A stretch of DNA of 64,000 bases, from positions 1,612,001 through 1,676,000 of the forward strand of contig NC_047082.1 of assembly GCF_902459465.1 (NCBI RefSeq), given 5' to 3'. The notes under the pieces were generated by a model. The model saw only the letters and a list, made by a program, of their open reading frames with translations. It was not told where the DNA came from and searched no databases. Below are positions 47,401 to 60,558 of the stretch, piece after piece; the first letter of the stretch is position 1, and every line of letters starts with the position of its first letter. Made by a program: the position numbers and the translations under genes. This stretch comes from Asterias rubens. Lineage: Eukaryota.

Positions 47401-49894
47401 CAACCCCCTGTCTGGTAAAGGCATCCTCTTTAAAGTGGCAAACCCTCTCTGTCAACTGGTCTCTTAAGCCGTCACTCAGTTCTATACCATTCTTCGCACC
47501 GCATCAAACACATTAAATCAAATCCATTCCGCTACAATCTGTCTTTCAATGGGATTTTGCGCACAAAGTGTTTCGCCCCAGTATGTGGATGGAGGGATGT
47601 TAAAGGAACAGTCTGACCCTCGATAGTTCACAATAAATGCTGCAACCGTGAGATGCATTTTCACCATTGTAAACCAACTATTTCATTGATTTTTTTCCGC
47701 AATAAAGATTCACCATTTAAATGCAACTATAAAACTATCAGATTAGTATTTTTTATATTTTTGTTATTTATTGTTTTCCCCTTTTCTTTGGTGGTGGTGG
47801 GGGGGGGGGGGGGGTTGGATACCTCTGGTTCTAATGGTAGAAATACATTGTGGGTTCCAACAGAAGGGTTTTATGCAAATAAGACTCTGTAGTGTAGGGG
47901 GCAATTTCTGAAGATTAATCTGAAGATGCTGATCAATCTAAATAGTTGCTAAGCAAAAAGTGATGTCAAAAGACTTCACTACGGCTATATCAACCACTGA
48001 ATGTTAGTGCTTTGTGAAATCTAGCCCTGGTAATTTGTAATTTGACTTTGCATGGTTTTTCTTGTGGTAGCTGGTGCCCCTGTGCAGATTTATATAGCAG
48101 CAACTACTTCGGACACCAGCCAAAGTGCAACCTTATATGGTGTTACTGTCGCGTATGGCCAAGTGTCTTTATTTGTTGATAGTCAGATTTCATCAACAAA
48201 CACAAAATGATGCGATGAAAACAATTAAATATATGGCTTCTATCATTAATTACTTCTTGCCTTGAAAAATGTAGAACAGTATTTGGGTGGCCAAGATTTT
48301 CTGATATGCACATATTTTCTATGATAACAAAAAATTCTTTGAAGCAGTGGGACACTTTCTTGTTTGTGACGCTTCAGGCCAGAACGAAGCTCCTGCTGCC
48401 AAACCTCAAAACAGGGCTCAGTTTATAGATGAGAATAAGCGTTACTAAATATCAGATTTGAATGGTAACCAGGTTCTGCTTAACACTTTTTTGTTTGAGC
48501 TAAGAAAGATTTAGTGTCTAGCTGCTTGATTAACTTGACCCAAGGTGTTGAGTTTAATTAGCCATAGAAAGCCATAGATTTAATAGACAGTCCGGTCATA
48601 GAAAAAGGACTTGTTTGGTTGTCCCCAAGAGAGCTGTAGAGGCCGGGGAGTTATATCTAGAGGTTGAATTGGCAAGGTTACAGTAAATTGAAGAAATTAG
48701 TTAGCATTATGAGGTCAGGTTGTAAGGGGGGGAGGATTCATTAAAGTTTATCTATCAGGGTACTAGGACTGAGAAGCTTCCATCTTTGATCCAGGTAGTT
48801 TTACAAATTTTTAGTTTGTTCACAGATTTTCATCGAGAGAAGAGAATCAGAGAATAAGAAAGATTATGTCCCATTAGGTATAGTTTTCTGATGGAGGATG
48901 TTCTGAAACATCTCCTTTGGGAGAAGTGAATCTGAGTATCTGATAAAGGGTATCTCAAACAGGAGGATGCACTAGGATGGGAGGTGTGTATGGGCTTGTC
49001 ATAGTTGGGGAAGTGTAATGCCTCGATCAGGATATTTTCACCAAAGGTGAAACGTTTGAAGAGGTTAAAGGTATAAAATGACCACCCGTTTAGTAGATTA
49101 CCGTGTTATGTTTAGATTTTCCATTTTGTCTTTCGATAATTTTCTGATTACTGGTCGGAACTCTCCTTTAAGGACACCATCATGGCGCCCGCTCTCTCAA
49201 ACCCAAACACCTCAATAAGTCCCTGTCCTAATTGGATGAGTGACTTCGATAATCACAACAGGCGAGAAGTGCTTGTATGTTCTTGGCATTAAATCCCCGG
49301 CGCTAACTCGCACTGACAGGCACAGAGGGCTCTGTCCTGCATGCATCAACCTCAGCCTCTCTGCATTGCTGTGAATTATCCGCTGATTACACACTATACA
49401 ACTGGACAGAGCTCAACGCAATTATGTCTGCACTTTGCAAATGAAACTAAGAGTTTTGCCAGATCATTTTGTTTTTCTGGAAGGGAGAGGGGGCGCTGTC
49501 AGAAACATGTGTTGAGGCGATCGTAAAAGATGAATTTGTTAGCCAGCTGGCAAGCGAAACACGTGTGGTTAAGTTGTTTATGGACGTGTATTGTGGTGTT
49601 GTGTGTTCACCTCCCAAATGTTTTGATCGTATATTATTAAAAACAAAGAAATTAAAAAGTTAAGAATGGTGTATACATGTTAGCAGGCTGTTTTGAGCTT
49701 GAACTCTAATAAAAATGGCCCATCCTCTGCAGGGCTCAAAATTAACACTGGACCCCAGACCGGAGGCCAATGATTTTATTATCGGGCTCATGACCAGATA
49801 AGTCCAGTGGTCTTTTTCTTTTTTTCAGTTCAATTATAACGTTACTACGTGGTATTTTTAATTCAACAGAATAGAAAAGTAGCAATTATAGTAT

Positions 49895-49985
49895 TTAAGC
49901 ATCTTTCTCAAGCATGCAAGTGCCATGACTGGGATTCGAACCCACAATCCGATGACTTAACCACCAGAACGTGAATTTGATGCTC
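49895..49985 (-). repeat. SINE family A copy
   Basis: gtgccatgactgggattcgaacccacaatccgatgacttaaccaccagaac. Confidence 0.6.
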
Positions 49986-51542
49986 AATTACCCACCACCA
50001 TTTCACCCTACTTTCACAAATTTTGATATGTATTGTCCGATAGATGTAAAGTGTGAAGCTTCAAAACCAAAAGTACAAATTTTGAAAATAAAATGTTCAA
50101 AAAAGGGCCTTTGAAAAAAGAAATTCTTGAGATTTTTGAAGGATTTAGTTGTTTACTTTTTGGAAAGTATTTGTGTACACGATTGTGGACTAACCCTTGC
50201 TATACCCTGTTTACTTTACAATTTTTCATCTGTACTGTCCGATAGAATTAATATGCGCATCCATATTTACAATTCCCAATATATCAAAAAAAAAGTGTTC
50301 TCAAAAGACCTGCTAAAGAAAATTCTTGAAAAAAGGTTGACATGGTGCGCCTCCAGCATTTATATTTAGGCCTAGTTCTATGTCACATCTAGATCATAAC
50401 TCCAACATCGATATTGAAGGCAACACCTTTTTGATCATGGCAAATTACCATAACAAAACCCAGTGGATAGATTTTAAGCCTAAATGTAAATTCAGCTAAA
50501 AAAAAAACAACAGCAGGCAGGGGTAGTCAAGTAAGTAGTTTTTTTGAATAAAAAGAGAGAGAGAGAGAGAAAATCTGAACCTTGGTGACCCAGAATTAAC
50601 AACCGGGAGTGACTGTCCATTGTGGGGACCATTGTGTATGTGCCAGATTTGCTCTCTGGCCCTATACACAGAGGCCTGCTACCTTTAAAGGGAAAGTCCA
50701 TCTTTGTTTTTTATCGAAGGGTGAAATATTTTCCACTTATCTAGTTGTCAAGACACCATACAACCATTCTGTTGAAATATTTTGAAAATTGTTGTGGCCA
50801 AATGACAAAATGAAAAATGGTTTAATGTTTTGTCTGAGTCTTTTACTGCATGTTTTTCTATTTGTTTGAATTGTTTATATTGCAACTTTGACTTGAGTGA
50901 GTTTTACTATTCAGTTGAAAAACACAAGATTGCTGGACTTGTCCAGTCATGATTTTACTGGCTAGACTTTACTGGCCAAATGTAAAATCACTGGGCTTTG
51001 GCTTGCAGTCCAGTGTAACAAACAATCAAGCCTTGCCAATACCAAAACCTAGGAAATGAGGACAGTGTTTCCAGGCCAGTACCCATGTTGGATAAGTTAC
51101 CACTATCACAGTCCAAATACCATGATGATGCTTTATCAAGCCACTTCATTCCGGCTGACAGCTATGCAGATATCTGATTATCTCTGGCATTTTTTGTATC
51201 TGGGAAAATTGAGTTGTTTGTTGTATGTTTATTTGGTACATATTTTTGTTATAATATAAAGAGGGGGCAGTAAGTCTAGTGTGAATTTAAAATTGTCTGA
51301 TGTTTTAGTTTAAGCAACTTTTATTTCATAAAATTAAATTATATATTATTATTTGTAAGGTTATTGAGAAATGAGTATAGATACTTTCATAGTTTTGCAG
51401 TTTCTACCTTTACACTTTGAAAAAAAAAAACCCCAAAAATATAGTCTCAATGACACAATCAAATCCCCCTAGAAAAGGGAAAACGTATTATATTCATAAT
51501 CAGTTGCGTCATTTGTTATCTTAGACTGAACATTAAAGACGA

Positions 51543-51663
51543 CAAACAAACAAACAAACAAACACTTGACAACCCAACACCCCACCCTCAAGCAAAACAA
51601 AAACAAACAAACAAACAAACAAACAAACAAACAAACAAACAAACAAACAAACAAACAAACAAA
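51543..51663. repeat. (AAAC)n microsatellites
   Basis: about 5 units at 51543 and about 15 units at 51601-51663. Confidence 0.95.
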
Positions 51664-54368
51664 TACACAATGTTCATAATTATGTAAGTACAGATTTGTT
51701 TATAGTTTAGGTAAAACAGGGCATTTAATTGACCCAAAATCTCAAATCAATTTCTCGATATTGAACACAAAAATGCTAACAGTATCAAACTAAAGTTTAC
51801 AAAAACAAGACTACAAACACTAGGATTAAAATCATTCCTTGAAAGCAAAACATCCAAAGCAGAGTTGGTTTTCACATCACCCCTAGTCTTCGAAATCCAT
51901 CCGGGACAACACTACATGTATTAAAAAGCTGTCTAAGATCTAAAGATCTGTGCATACTTGCGAAATTAACCCCAAATCCCTGATATTCTTTATCAGTAAG
52001 CTCAGAACCTCATCTTAATTATGAATGCTAATTTTACCCGATGACTAGTATTTTTTTTATCTTACGTTGCTTTTTTTTTTATAGCGCCCTACCCTTCTGA
52101 TTCTCGCCTCGGACGTACTTAACAATTTCACGATCCGATCCCATCAATTCATTTTGACACCTCTGTCAAGCTGAGGGACCCTTACACTCCATAGGTCTGC
52201 TTGTGCCATGTTCCAGGCCATCTCCCGTAGAGAAACCTATCTTAAGACTACATCAAGGCTGTAAACAACCAAAGAGGGGACTGAGAGAGAGAGAAAAAGT
52301 ATTTCATCAGTGTTCGTAGAATCTGGGCTCTGTAATTTTGAACGTTGTAGCGCTGTACTTTTTTTTTCATTATCATCTTCTTCTTTTGCTTCTTCATCAT
52401 TGGGGAACAGATACAGAGAGATCAGATGTTGATTCTGTAGACCCTTATTGTTACATGTATCGGTCTGTGTATGGTTCAACAACACCTGGCATGTGCGTCA
52501 GGCTACTCCGATGAGCACCATTCACTCAGATTGACTATAGAATCTATGTAACGTACAGCCAAGGAGTCTGTGGCTGCGCTGGCTGAAGGTAAACACTGTA
52601 AGCCCCCCGTATGCTCGGGGAGTCTTTGTTGCGTCGGGAGTGCGGGTAAGCCCGCGCCGTTGAGTATTCCCTTATCTCTTCAGCTTGGTATTTTCCCCCC
52701 CCCGCCATTGGGGGGTTTAATCTGTGAAGGGGGGTACTGACTGAACACAGTTGTGGAGAACACACCGTACGGAGCCAGAGTATACACTGTGTGTGTGCAT
52801 ATCAGCGATGTACGCCAATGCTTGCACATGTTGCCCATACCCGTCAGGTCCTTACGTTAGCGTGGTAAGTGCCCATAACTTTCAACCAAGCTGGTCAGGT
52901 TTTTTTTCTTTTTCCGTTACCTCTTCTTCTATTTCTCTCTCTCTCTTACACCCCCCCTTCTCTCACGGACTGATCAATTTAGAGAGGCGATTTAGAATTG
53001 TAAGCGTTGGTTGGCGACTGTGTACATAGTAGCTTCGTCTGGATTGAAGTGGATTTTGAATTGTGAGGATTATTTGTGGTGCATGGTGGATGTACATGTT
53101 CGTAATTTCTCTTATTTCGTTTTTTTTTAAAGTAAGTTGTACGTGTCATGCTGACATGAGTAAATTGCCTAACATGTAAGTTCAGTCTTCAGCCAATTGT
53201 GCCATTGTTTGTTTTACTGGATAGTGAGTAAATGAATACTAACTAGATAGATTGCTAGGAATAAACTACTTATGTGTTGATAATAATGATGTATAAGTTT
53301 TTTAGAATGATGCAACATACCATGTGCATTAGGCCCTCTCGTTGGTCTAAGTGGTAGAGTACAGGGGTTGTGGGTTCGAAACCCACCTGAGCAAGATTTT
53401 CCCTGCAGGAATTCGAGAGGGGGGGGGGAGGGGGAAGTACAGGAAAAGTTATTATCAACTTATAATTTTTAGGTTTCCATCTTATAAAGGTCACTGGTTC
53501 TAAAGTTCATTCCATTGTCAAACCACCATATAAATATTTCCATCTGAAATTTAACACATCGCTTTTGCTCTTGAGAATACTGAAATTGGGTTGTGTCCAA
53601 ATAATTAATCCAATTTCTATGTTCCGCTGGATACTGTGTTTACTAAAAAACTAGAGGACTACTAAGCGTTCAGAAATCAATTTTAAAGTAATGATCAAAT
53701 TTGTTTGTTAAGAAATCAGTTGCGTTGCATGCACTCATTTGCTTTCTATCTAGTTTGTCAATACAATTCTGCAAATGTCACATATGAAAAAAAGACCCTA
53801 CAATAAGCTTCATCATTAAACATATCACTCAATATTTAGTCAGTGAGTAAACATGGAATTGAATGAACACTGGAATCAGGGGCTGCGAGATTTATCAAAT
53901 TTGCCAATTAGTTTTCAAATGTAATCTCCATTCTCATTCCTGGAAACGAGAAGTCCGCTGGAAAATGATAATAGTCCTGCTCCATTGTGTAGAATCAACT
54001 ACTGACAGCATAAAAATAAGGCTGTTCACAATCTCCTGAGAAGTAACGGTAAATTCTGCCTTTAAGGGAAAAATTATCATGTACAATACTGCTAGTAAAT
54101 CGGGTCTCTGTTGGTTTGTTCACTAGCAAAAAAAAGTTGCTGAAAGGGTGATGCCTTGTCTTTTTTTTATTGAAGGAAGAAAGTGTACTTCTCTGAATGT
54201 GTAAAATAAGGATGCAATTTTAATTTGTATGTATTGCATTGGGGATAAAGAATAGTATTTTCATTTTTACCTTCATATTGGTGTTGGAAATTTAAGTTAT
54301 ATTCAATATCATTGCTGTAATGCGTACACCATTTGAACTTTTTGCGACTCACTGGAGGATTACAGCAG

Positions 54369-54557
54369 GGCCCAATTTAATTGAGCCTGTAAAAAAGCAC
54401 AAAAAAACTTGCTAAGCAGAGCAAAAATCTTGCTTATGTTACCAGCCAAAATTCATTGAAGTTTACATTGTTGCAACTGGTGCCCCACTCATTTTTTTGC
54501 TTAAAAAGAAATTTGCTAAGTGGTATTTTCTTCTTAACAGCTTAATGAAATAGGGCA
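54369..54557. mobile_element. MITE copy, ggcccaattt family
   Basis: CAG|ggcccaatttaattgagc ... cagcttaatgaaatagggca|CTG; interior matches about 19850-19960. Confidence 0.65.
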
Positions 54558-57500
54558 CTGGTGTCTCATAACCAGGGGGTGAATACAATGTAGGTAAGAC
54601 ATCTGCTCTAAAAAGCAGGAGGTAGTGGGTTCAAATTCCACCTTGGGAGTAGCCAGAAGATTTTGTTTTTGTTGAAGACTCTGGGTAAACAGGGTAAAAA
54701 TTTACTAATTTTCAAAGTATTTTAACATATTTTGATAAAAACACGTAATAAGATACATACATTGTAAGTCCTTAAATACAGGTCTCCTTAACTAATGTCA
54801 CACCAGCTACTTAATTGTATTTCATGAATTGGCCATGATTTGTTCATATATATGTCCCGCCCTTCTGCACCGTCCCGTATTGTTCAAATCGCTCTATAAC
54901 TTGCCCTTTGTCTGATGTCATTCTGATTAATTTCCAGGCCCCCCTTAACATCTGTTACGGCTTGACCCCATTTTATACATTTCCCTTAATCTCTGTTTGG
55001 TTCCAGCCCTTCAAATAGGCAGAAATACTTCATAATGTCTCTGATACTTGCGTTTTTGACCCACTTTCTAGCCCTGATTCATTTTGTCAATATCCGTTTC
55101 CAAGACGATCCTGTAGCTAATCATATTTTGAGTCTTGATTTTTTTGGGGGGTATGAACCAAAATTGGCTTTTAGTTGATGGTGAAGTGCAGTTGAAGGTA
55201 GTCAAATACTTACCTTCAGTGCACGTCAAGATTAATTGGACGGGGAATTTTCCCCTATTTTTTTGCCTCCCCTGGACTGTTTCTTGAAGGTATGACTGTG
55301 ATGATTGTAACTGCAGATTTCATCCGTGTAAAACATTCAGTGTTGCGTTAATTAAATGCTTTTCCGTAAGAGATAATTTGAGACTTTGGTTTCTGTATCT
55401 TGTGTTTTATCCGATTGTTGGCTGGTGGCTTCTTCCTATCAAGGCTTGAACTCCAAAGATGTACATGTAGGCATCAACTTCAATCATACAATTTAACTGC
55501 CTTTGGGTGTTTTTTTAATGAATATTCTACATACTAAAATTCCATTTTTTTGTAAATTATTTTGTTTCTGATGACTTTGTCCTTTTTAAGTTTTAAATGG
55601 CAGACCAATGTTAAAAATATTAAAAATATTATACAGTAACGGTCGAGCTGACAATAGTCTCCGAAAGTGTCAGTTTTCTTTTCTTTATCAGAGTCTATCA
55701 GTTTGGATGTTTCATTACAATATGGCAGGCCTCTGGTGTCTGGAATTACACTGCGATCTTATCCTCTGTTGCCCTTGGTATTGGTGCCTCTTCAAAGGTT
55801 TTCCATAGACATATGGTTTCCCAATTGAAGCGCCTTTTGCATGATAAAAATGGCCCTGCCCCGTCAAAGCTCCAGGGCTCATATGGTGTTGGGTTTTGTT
55901 GGAGTGATGAAGGGTCGTTACAAATCACTCAAGAGAGTTAGACTTATGATTAAATTAATTGCTTTGATAAACATTTGTTTACATTGTTAACAAGTAATCA
56001 TCCTGTTTATTTATTTGGTATTCTCTAATGAAAGAGGCTAATAGTGGCTTTGTCTTAGCGCCGGGACCAGACTAAAAGTTGTTTGCTGTATCCAACATAC
56101 CGTCACTCACTGCAACAAAAAGTCATCGTGCAATTTCGTGAGTTAATGAGTCTTTTGTGGTGATGTTTAGATATTTCAATCCTGTCACCTTTTCGTGTCG
56201 TGGGGTTCCTTGGAGTCTCAAACCCCTTGGACCCTCGTCAGTGTTTTCCCTGACACAGATACGGCCCAAAGTCAATAAGAAAAAATATGCCACGGTACGG
56301 CCATGGTGTAGTCAGTATATTAAACCCCAACCCCCCCCTTCTCCGTAATTTTTTTCCCCCTTTTCGCCCTTCTTCTTTCTACCCCTATGTTGATACCACA
56401 CTACCCATACATTATTGAATAGCCACTGTTAACTTACCGTGCGGGGGCACAAACATTGGCCCATTGTCCCGTCCAGGGAACGAGGGGCCCCAATTCATTC
56501 TCACTGTTAGCATTGCAGCTAAAATCAACACATTTGGTGTGACGACCACGTGTGCGCCATTTACACAGGCGTAGGACGGTGGCTAGTGTTTTTCTTCTCT
56601 TTCCCCCCTTTTTCATTATTATTAAAGCACAAGCTGACGTTTTTACCACGCTCTTTTTTTTCCCTCATAAGTCTCGACCGTTCTCCCCGCAGTTCTGTAA
56701 TTATTAGTCCTCAATCCTCCTTCCCTTGTCATTGCTTTACCTGGCAAGTTCTCGGTGTGTGTTCAACAAATTTTGCGTGGGCCAAAATGTTTGATGTAGA
56801 TTTTTGTGCAAAGGTGTGTTGAATCGGTAGATATTTGGTTTAAACAATTGCCCGGTTCGATTGAGTACTCATAAACGGATGTCTATGTCCTCACAGAGCT
56901 TTGTGTTATTTCTTTTTTGAACATTTGCCTGAGCCTTCTCTATAATTCTACAATACTTCACGAAAGACTTTGACCGGACTGCAGTTTAATCAAGCTACCT
57001 TGTGCCATGCTTAGCGGAAATAGATTACTAGCCAAAGAGTTGTGTAATGTGTATTGGTTTTGGACCGGTTTCCTGTTAAACTTTGCTAAGCATAGAAATG
57101 ATCAAAATGTGTCAGTCACTTTTATAGCTTTATAATCAAAAATAGGTGACATGCCCTTGGGGATACCTGTAAATGTAGTTATGGGGAAAATTTGTTGATA
57201 ATGCAATGCGGTTTCAACTCATTTAAATTTGTCCTCTCTTTTAATCAGTTTCTTGCTGTTAAACATTGTGCTATCAGAAACAATAAGCTGTCTAAGAAAC
57301 TTTACATTTATATCAGGTACATTCACTTGTTTTCTCACGAGTGACTGTTTCAAATTCGAAGTTCTCAGACTGGAGACAGTTGTGATGTTACATTGTTCAG
57401 GGCACTTTCTGAATAAATGTTCATGACACAATAGAACTAGGTTAGAATTGCCCTGAATCATGATGCGACGCTGTCTTTACTCTTGGGAATTCAATTGGAG

Positions 57501-57702
57501 TATTCACTCAAGACCAAATGTAGTCAGTGTACCAGACATTATTGAAAGTTCATTGATAATCCACTGTTATGCAGCCCGAATCATGTTTCATCTACTGTTT
57601 TTTTGTGTCTTACCATGAATCAATGCAATAGCATCATCTGGCTTTGTTCCTCCACTCCTCATGTTTCTTCCATTGTTGTTGTTATCTCGTGCTCACCAAG
57701 AA

Positions 57703-57765
57703 TGTCTCGATCATCTTCGTCTGTCTCGATCATGTTCGTCTGTCTCGATCATCGTCCTCTGTCTG
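57703..57765. repeat. 19-bp tandem repeat x3
   Basis: tgtctcgatcat(c/g)ttcgtc units. Confidence 0.85.
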
Positions 57766-60384
57766 TGTTCTTCCACAGCAGTACATACACCAAGCCCTCC
57801 TCGTATTTCTTCCACTGTCTCAGAGAGAAAAAAATGAACAATAAAATAATAAAAGATAGTTAATGGCAAAATAAAAGATAGTTAAGACTCTCCTTCGAGA
57901 AAGACGTTGCTAGGGTTGAAACATCAGGCCATTAACTTTTGTTTGCAACAGCTAAGTCCATTTAACAAACAAAAAACAATAGAGTGAACCTGTACGTATG
58001 TTTATTTATTTATTTTTATTAACTTGTGCTATTCTTGGAACCAGCTGAAGAGGAGAGTCTCTAGACAGAAATGTTGTTTCTTTTAGGCCATTCATTGTGT
58101 TCCAGCTGGCTCACTCACCTCTTGCTCTGTGTTTTCACTGTTGTTACAGTTTTCTATTAATGTTATTTCAATTTTGGTGGTTTAGGTCTTTGTACTTTCA
58201 AGCCTGCTTGAGAAATAACATAAATATAAATTTAAAAAAGTGTGTAAGGAGATTTAAAAGTTTTGAGGGTTGAACAAGGAAAAAAAATTATAGAGTGGGA
58301 TTTGAACCAACTCCCTCCAGATTACACGCCAGGGCTCTACCAACTACATGAAGGCCATCTATCTAGCCCTATGTTGGCTAAAACAGACACTGTTCAACAT
58401 TGCCAATGATTTTCCCAAAAATAGAGAAAAATCAAATGTTAATCTACTGCTAACATCAAGGAAAAAGTAATCTTGCCTGTTTATTTTTTACTTAAAGTAT
58501 ACATCGTTTTAATATAAATTTATTTTGTATTTATTCAATTTCTAACCCACAATAAATAGAGAGCGTTCTTATCCAAGATTCATTTGTGTACCATCCCTTG
58601 TAAGAACCCGTCCCCTTCCGGCCGTTATTACTCACTGATATCTGTTGAAATGCCCTTCTATTGAAGCAATTCCCAGGTCCTTGATTTGAAAAAAAAAGTA
58701 CAAAGACGTCGACCCTCCTGAAGCTCCCTCCTCTTAGGCTAACATCCCCTGGACGATCCCTCTTGTCTCCCTCATGTATTATCACTCGGGGTCGAGCCCT
58801 TTCCAGTTTCCCCAGTACCCCGTCCTCGGCATTTCTTTCTGAGGTGCAAACTGTAGCACCTCTACCGAGGAGAGCTGTCCACTGTCAATTCAAGCAGCTA
58901 ATAAACTTGATATGATGTTGTTGTATTCAGTGTGAATGGTGTTCTTTCTCATCTTTCCGTTGGGGGGGGGGGTGGGTCTTCTTCCCAGGTACGGCCACAA
59001 TGACCCGGTGGTCGGGGCTGCTCTAGGCCCAGTCCCTTCAGTCTTTATGTACTCTTCTTTTTATGAATAAACCACACAATAGATTGTACGGAAGTCAGTT
59101 ATGTAGGTAAGGTAAAGTTTGCACATCTCTTTGCGTCATCTTTTTTTGTCCGAAATTGTAAATATTTGACTTTTTATGGGGGGGGGGGGGGTCTGTTTCT
59201 TTTCCAAGGCACCTTTGTATAAAGATCCTTTCAATCTCCAAATGTACTTCCGTAGATTGAAATTTATGTTTTAGAAGTGGCTTTTGAAGGTATGGCCATA
59301 CTTTGGAATGACCACAGAAGAAAAGAGGGTAATTTTATCTGTCAGATGGTATGGTGATTATATATAGATATGAAAGGTATACAAAGAGTTAGCAAGTGTT
59401 CAATCAATACAACAATCTCAGAAGTTTAGCTAGTTTATAAAAACCATAAAGACGGAACCCAATTTTTAGCAAGGCTTGCACACAAAAGTGGTTGAGTATC
59501 AAAATTACAAAAGAATGATGAAGTATCGCATGATCATGTTCTATGTATGATTTCTGTTGATAACTTCCCATTCAAACACGAGTCCTGTGAAAGTGTAGTT
59601 TGCATCATGATGCATCCTGTAGAATTAATGGTGGCATTTCAACAAATGCCAATCCATTAAAATATCTGTCGTTGCGATGACTCACCACAATTGCTTTTAA
59701 TACGAGTAATCTGGAGTGATAATACGGCAAAATTAATGCAACAGACATTTATGACTACTTACTACATACATTTATGTCAGGGAGTTGCTAAGAATTTTCT
59801 TTGATTTTGGAGCGATCGTGTGCATGAATGTTTCGCTTTATTTTGATGAAAGGAATGGTCATCAAGAGGAGGTTTTTATTCTTGATATTCAAGTGGTTTA
59901 TAATTGGACCCAGGTGTATTTTAATATATAAAGGACCTGTTTGCCCAGTCCAGAATGAATCCGCAATGACCCTAGGTCCAAGCAATGGTAAGTCATCACT
60001 TAAAATGATTGAATGGTCATAGCCCGCTCGATACAATGCCCCCTCCTTAAGGTTAAAAACTGCTGATTGGTAATTGCAATGTGTCCTCCCGTTATTGCAC
60101 GTTCAGATGTAGAGCTGCAAGATCGTGTAGTCATCTGGGAATATGAGTTTCGCTTTTGGGGAGGAGGGGGTGGTGAGATGAGATTGCCAGTTGTTCGTTA
60201 GCTGATGGAAGGGGCAGTGAAACAGTTGAAGCGTGAGGCTTGCTTGTAAAACAAACAAAAACAAAAATATGCATTGCAAAATTTTGCTCAGGACCAAGGA
60301 CAGGTTGGTTAATTAATGGGTGTGTTGCAGTTGAAAAAGGAGAACATTTACACACAGGTTTTTGTTTGAGCTTTATTATCAGAA

Positions 60385-60558
60385 ACATGGGTAGTGGTAT
60401 CTTTCCTCGCCTTCCACCTCTTCGGTCTGAGTTCGAATCCCACCGGGGCACGAAGCGGATCAGGTTTTCTGTAGCTACAGATTGCATGGGTTTCCCCCCT
60501 GGAGTAATTCCCTGGGGTTTTCCTCCCACTTGTAAAACTGAAACTAACTTCCTTGTTT
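60385..60558 (+). repeat. SINE family B copy, sense orientation
   Basis: gtagtggtatc...gagttcgaatcc...gcatgggtttcccccctggagtaattccctggggttttcctcccac. Confidence 0.7.

Noticed and set aside
55692-55950. About 85-codon open frame after a strong + acceptor
   Set aside because: No recognisable motif, no good donor, and phase incompatible with the 32693 donor.
57890-57937. Third hammerhead-like motif (CCT...GAAACATC-AGG within agttaatggc/gccattaact inverted repeat)
   Set aside because: The 5' half of the core (TCGAGAA) does not fit CUGANGA and stem II does not pair convincingly.
15730-60558. tRNA genes
   Set aside because: A/B boxes are present, but none folds into a full cloverleaf and all continue into shared non-tRNA tails, so they are SINE heads.
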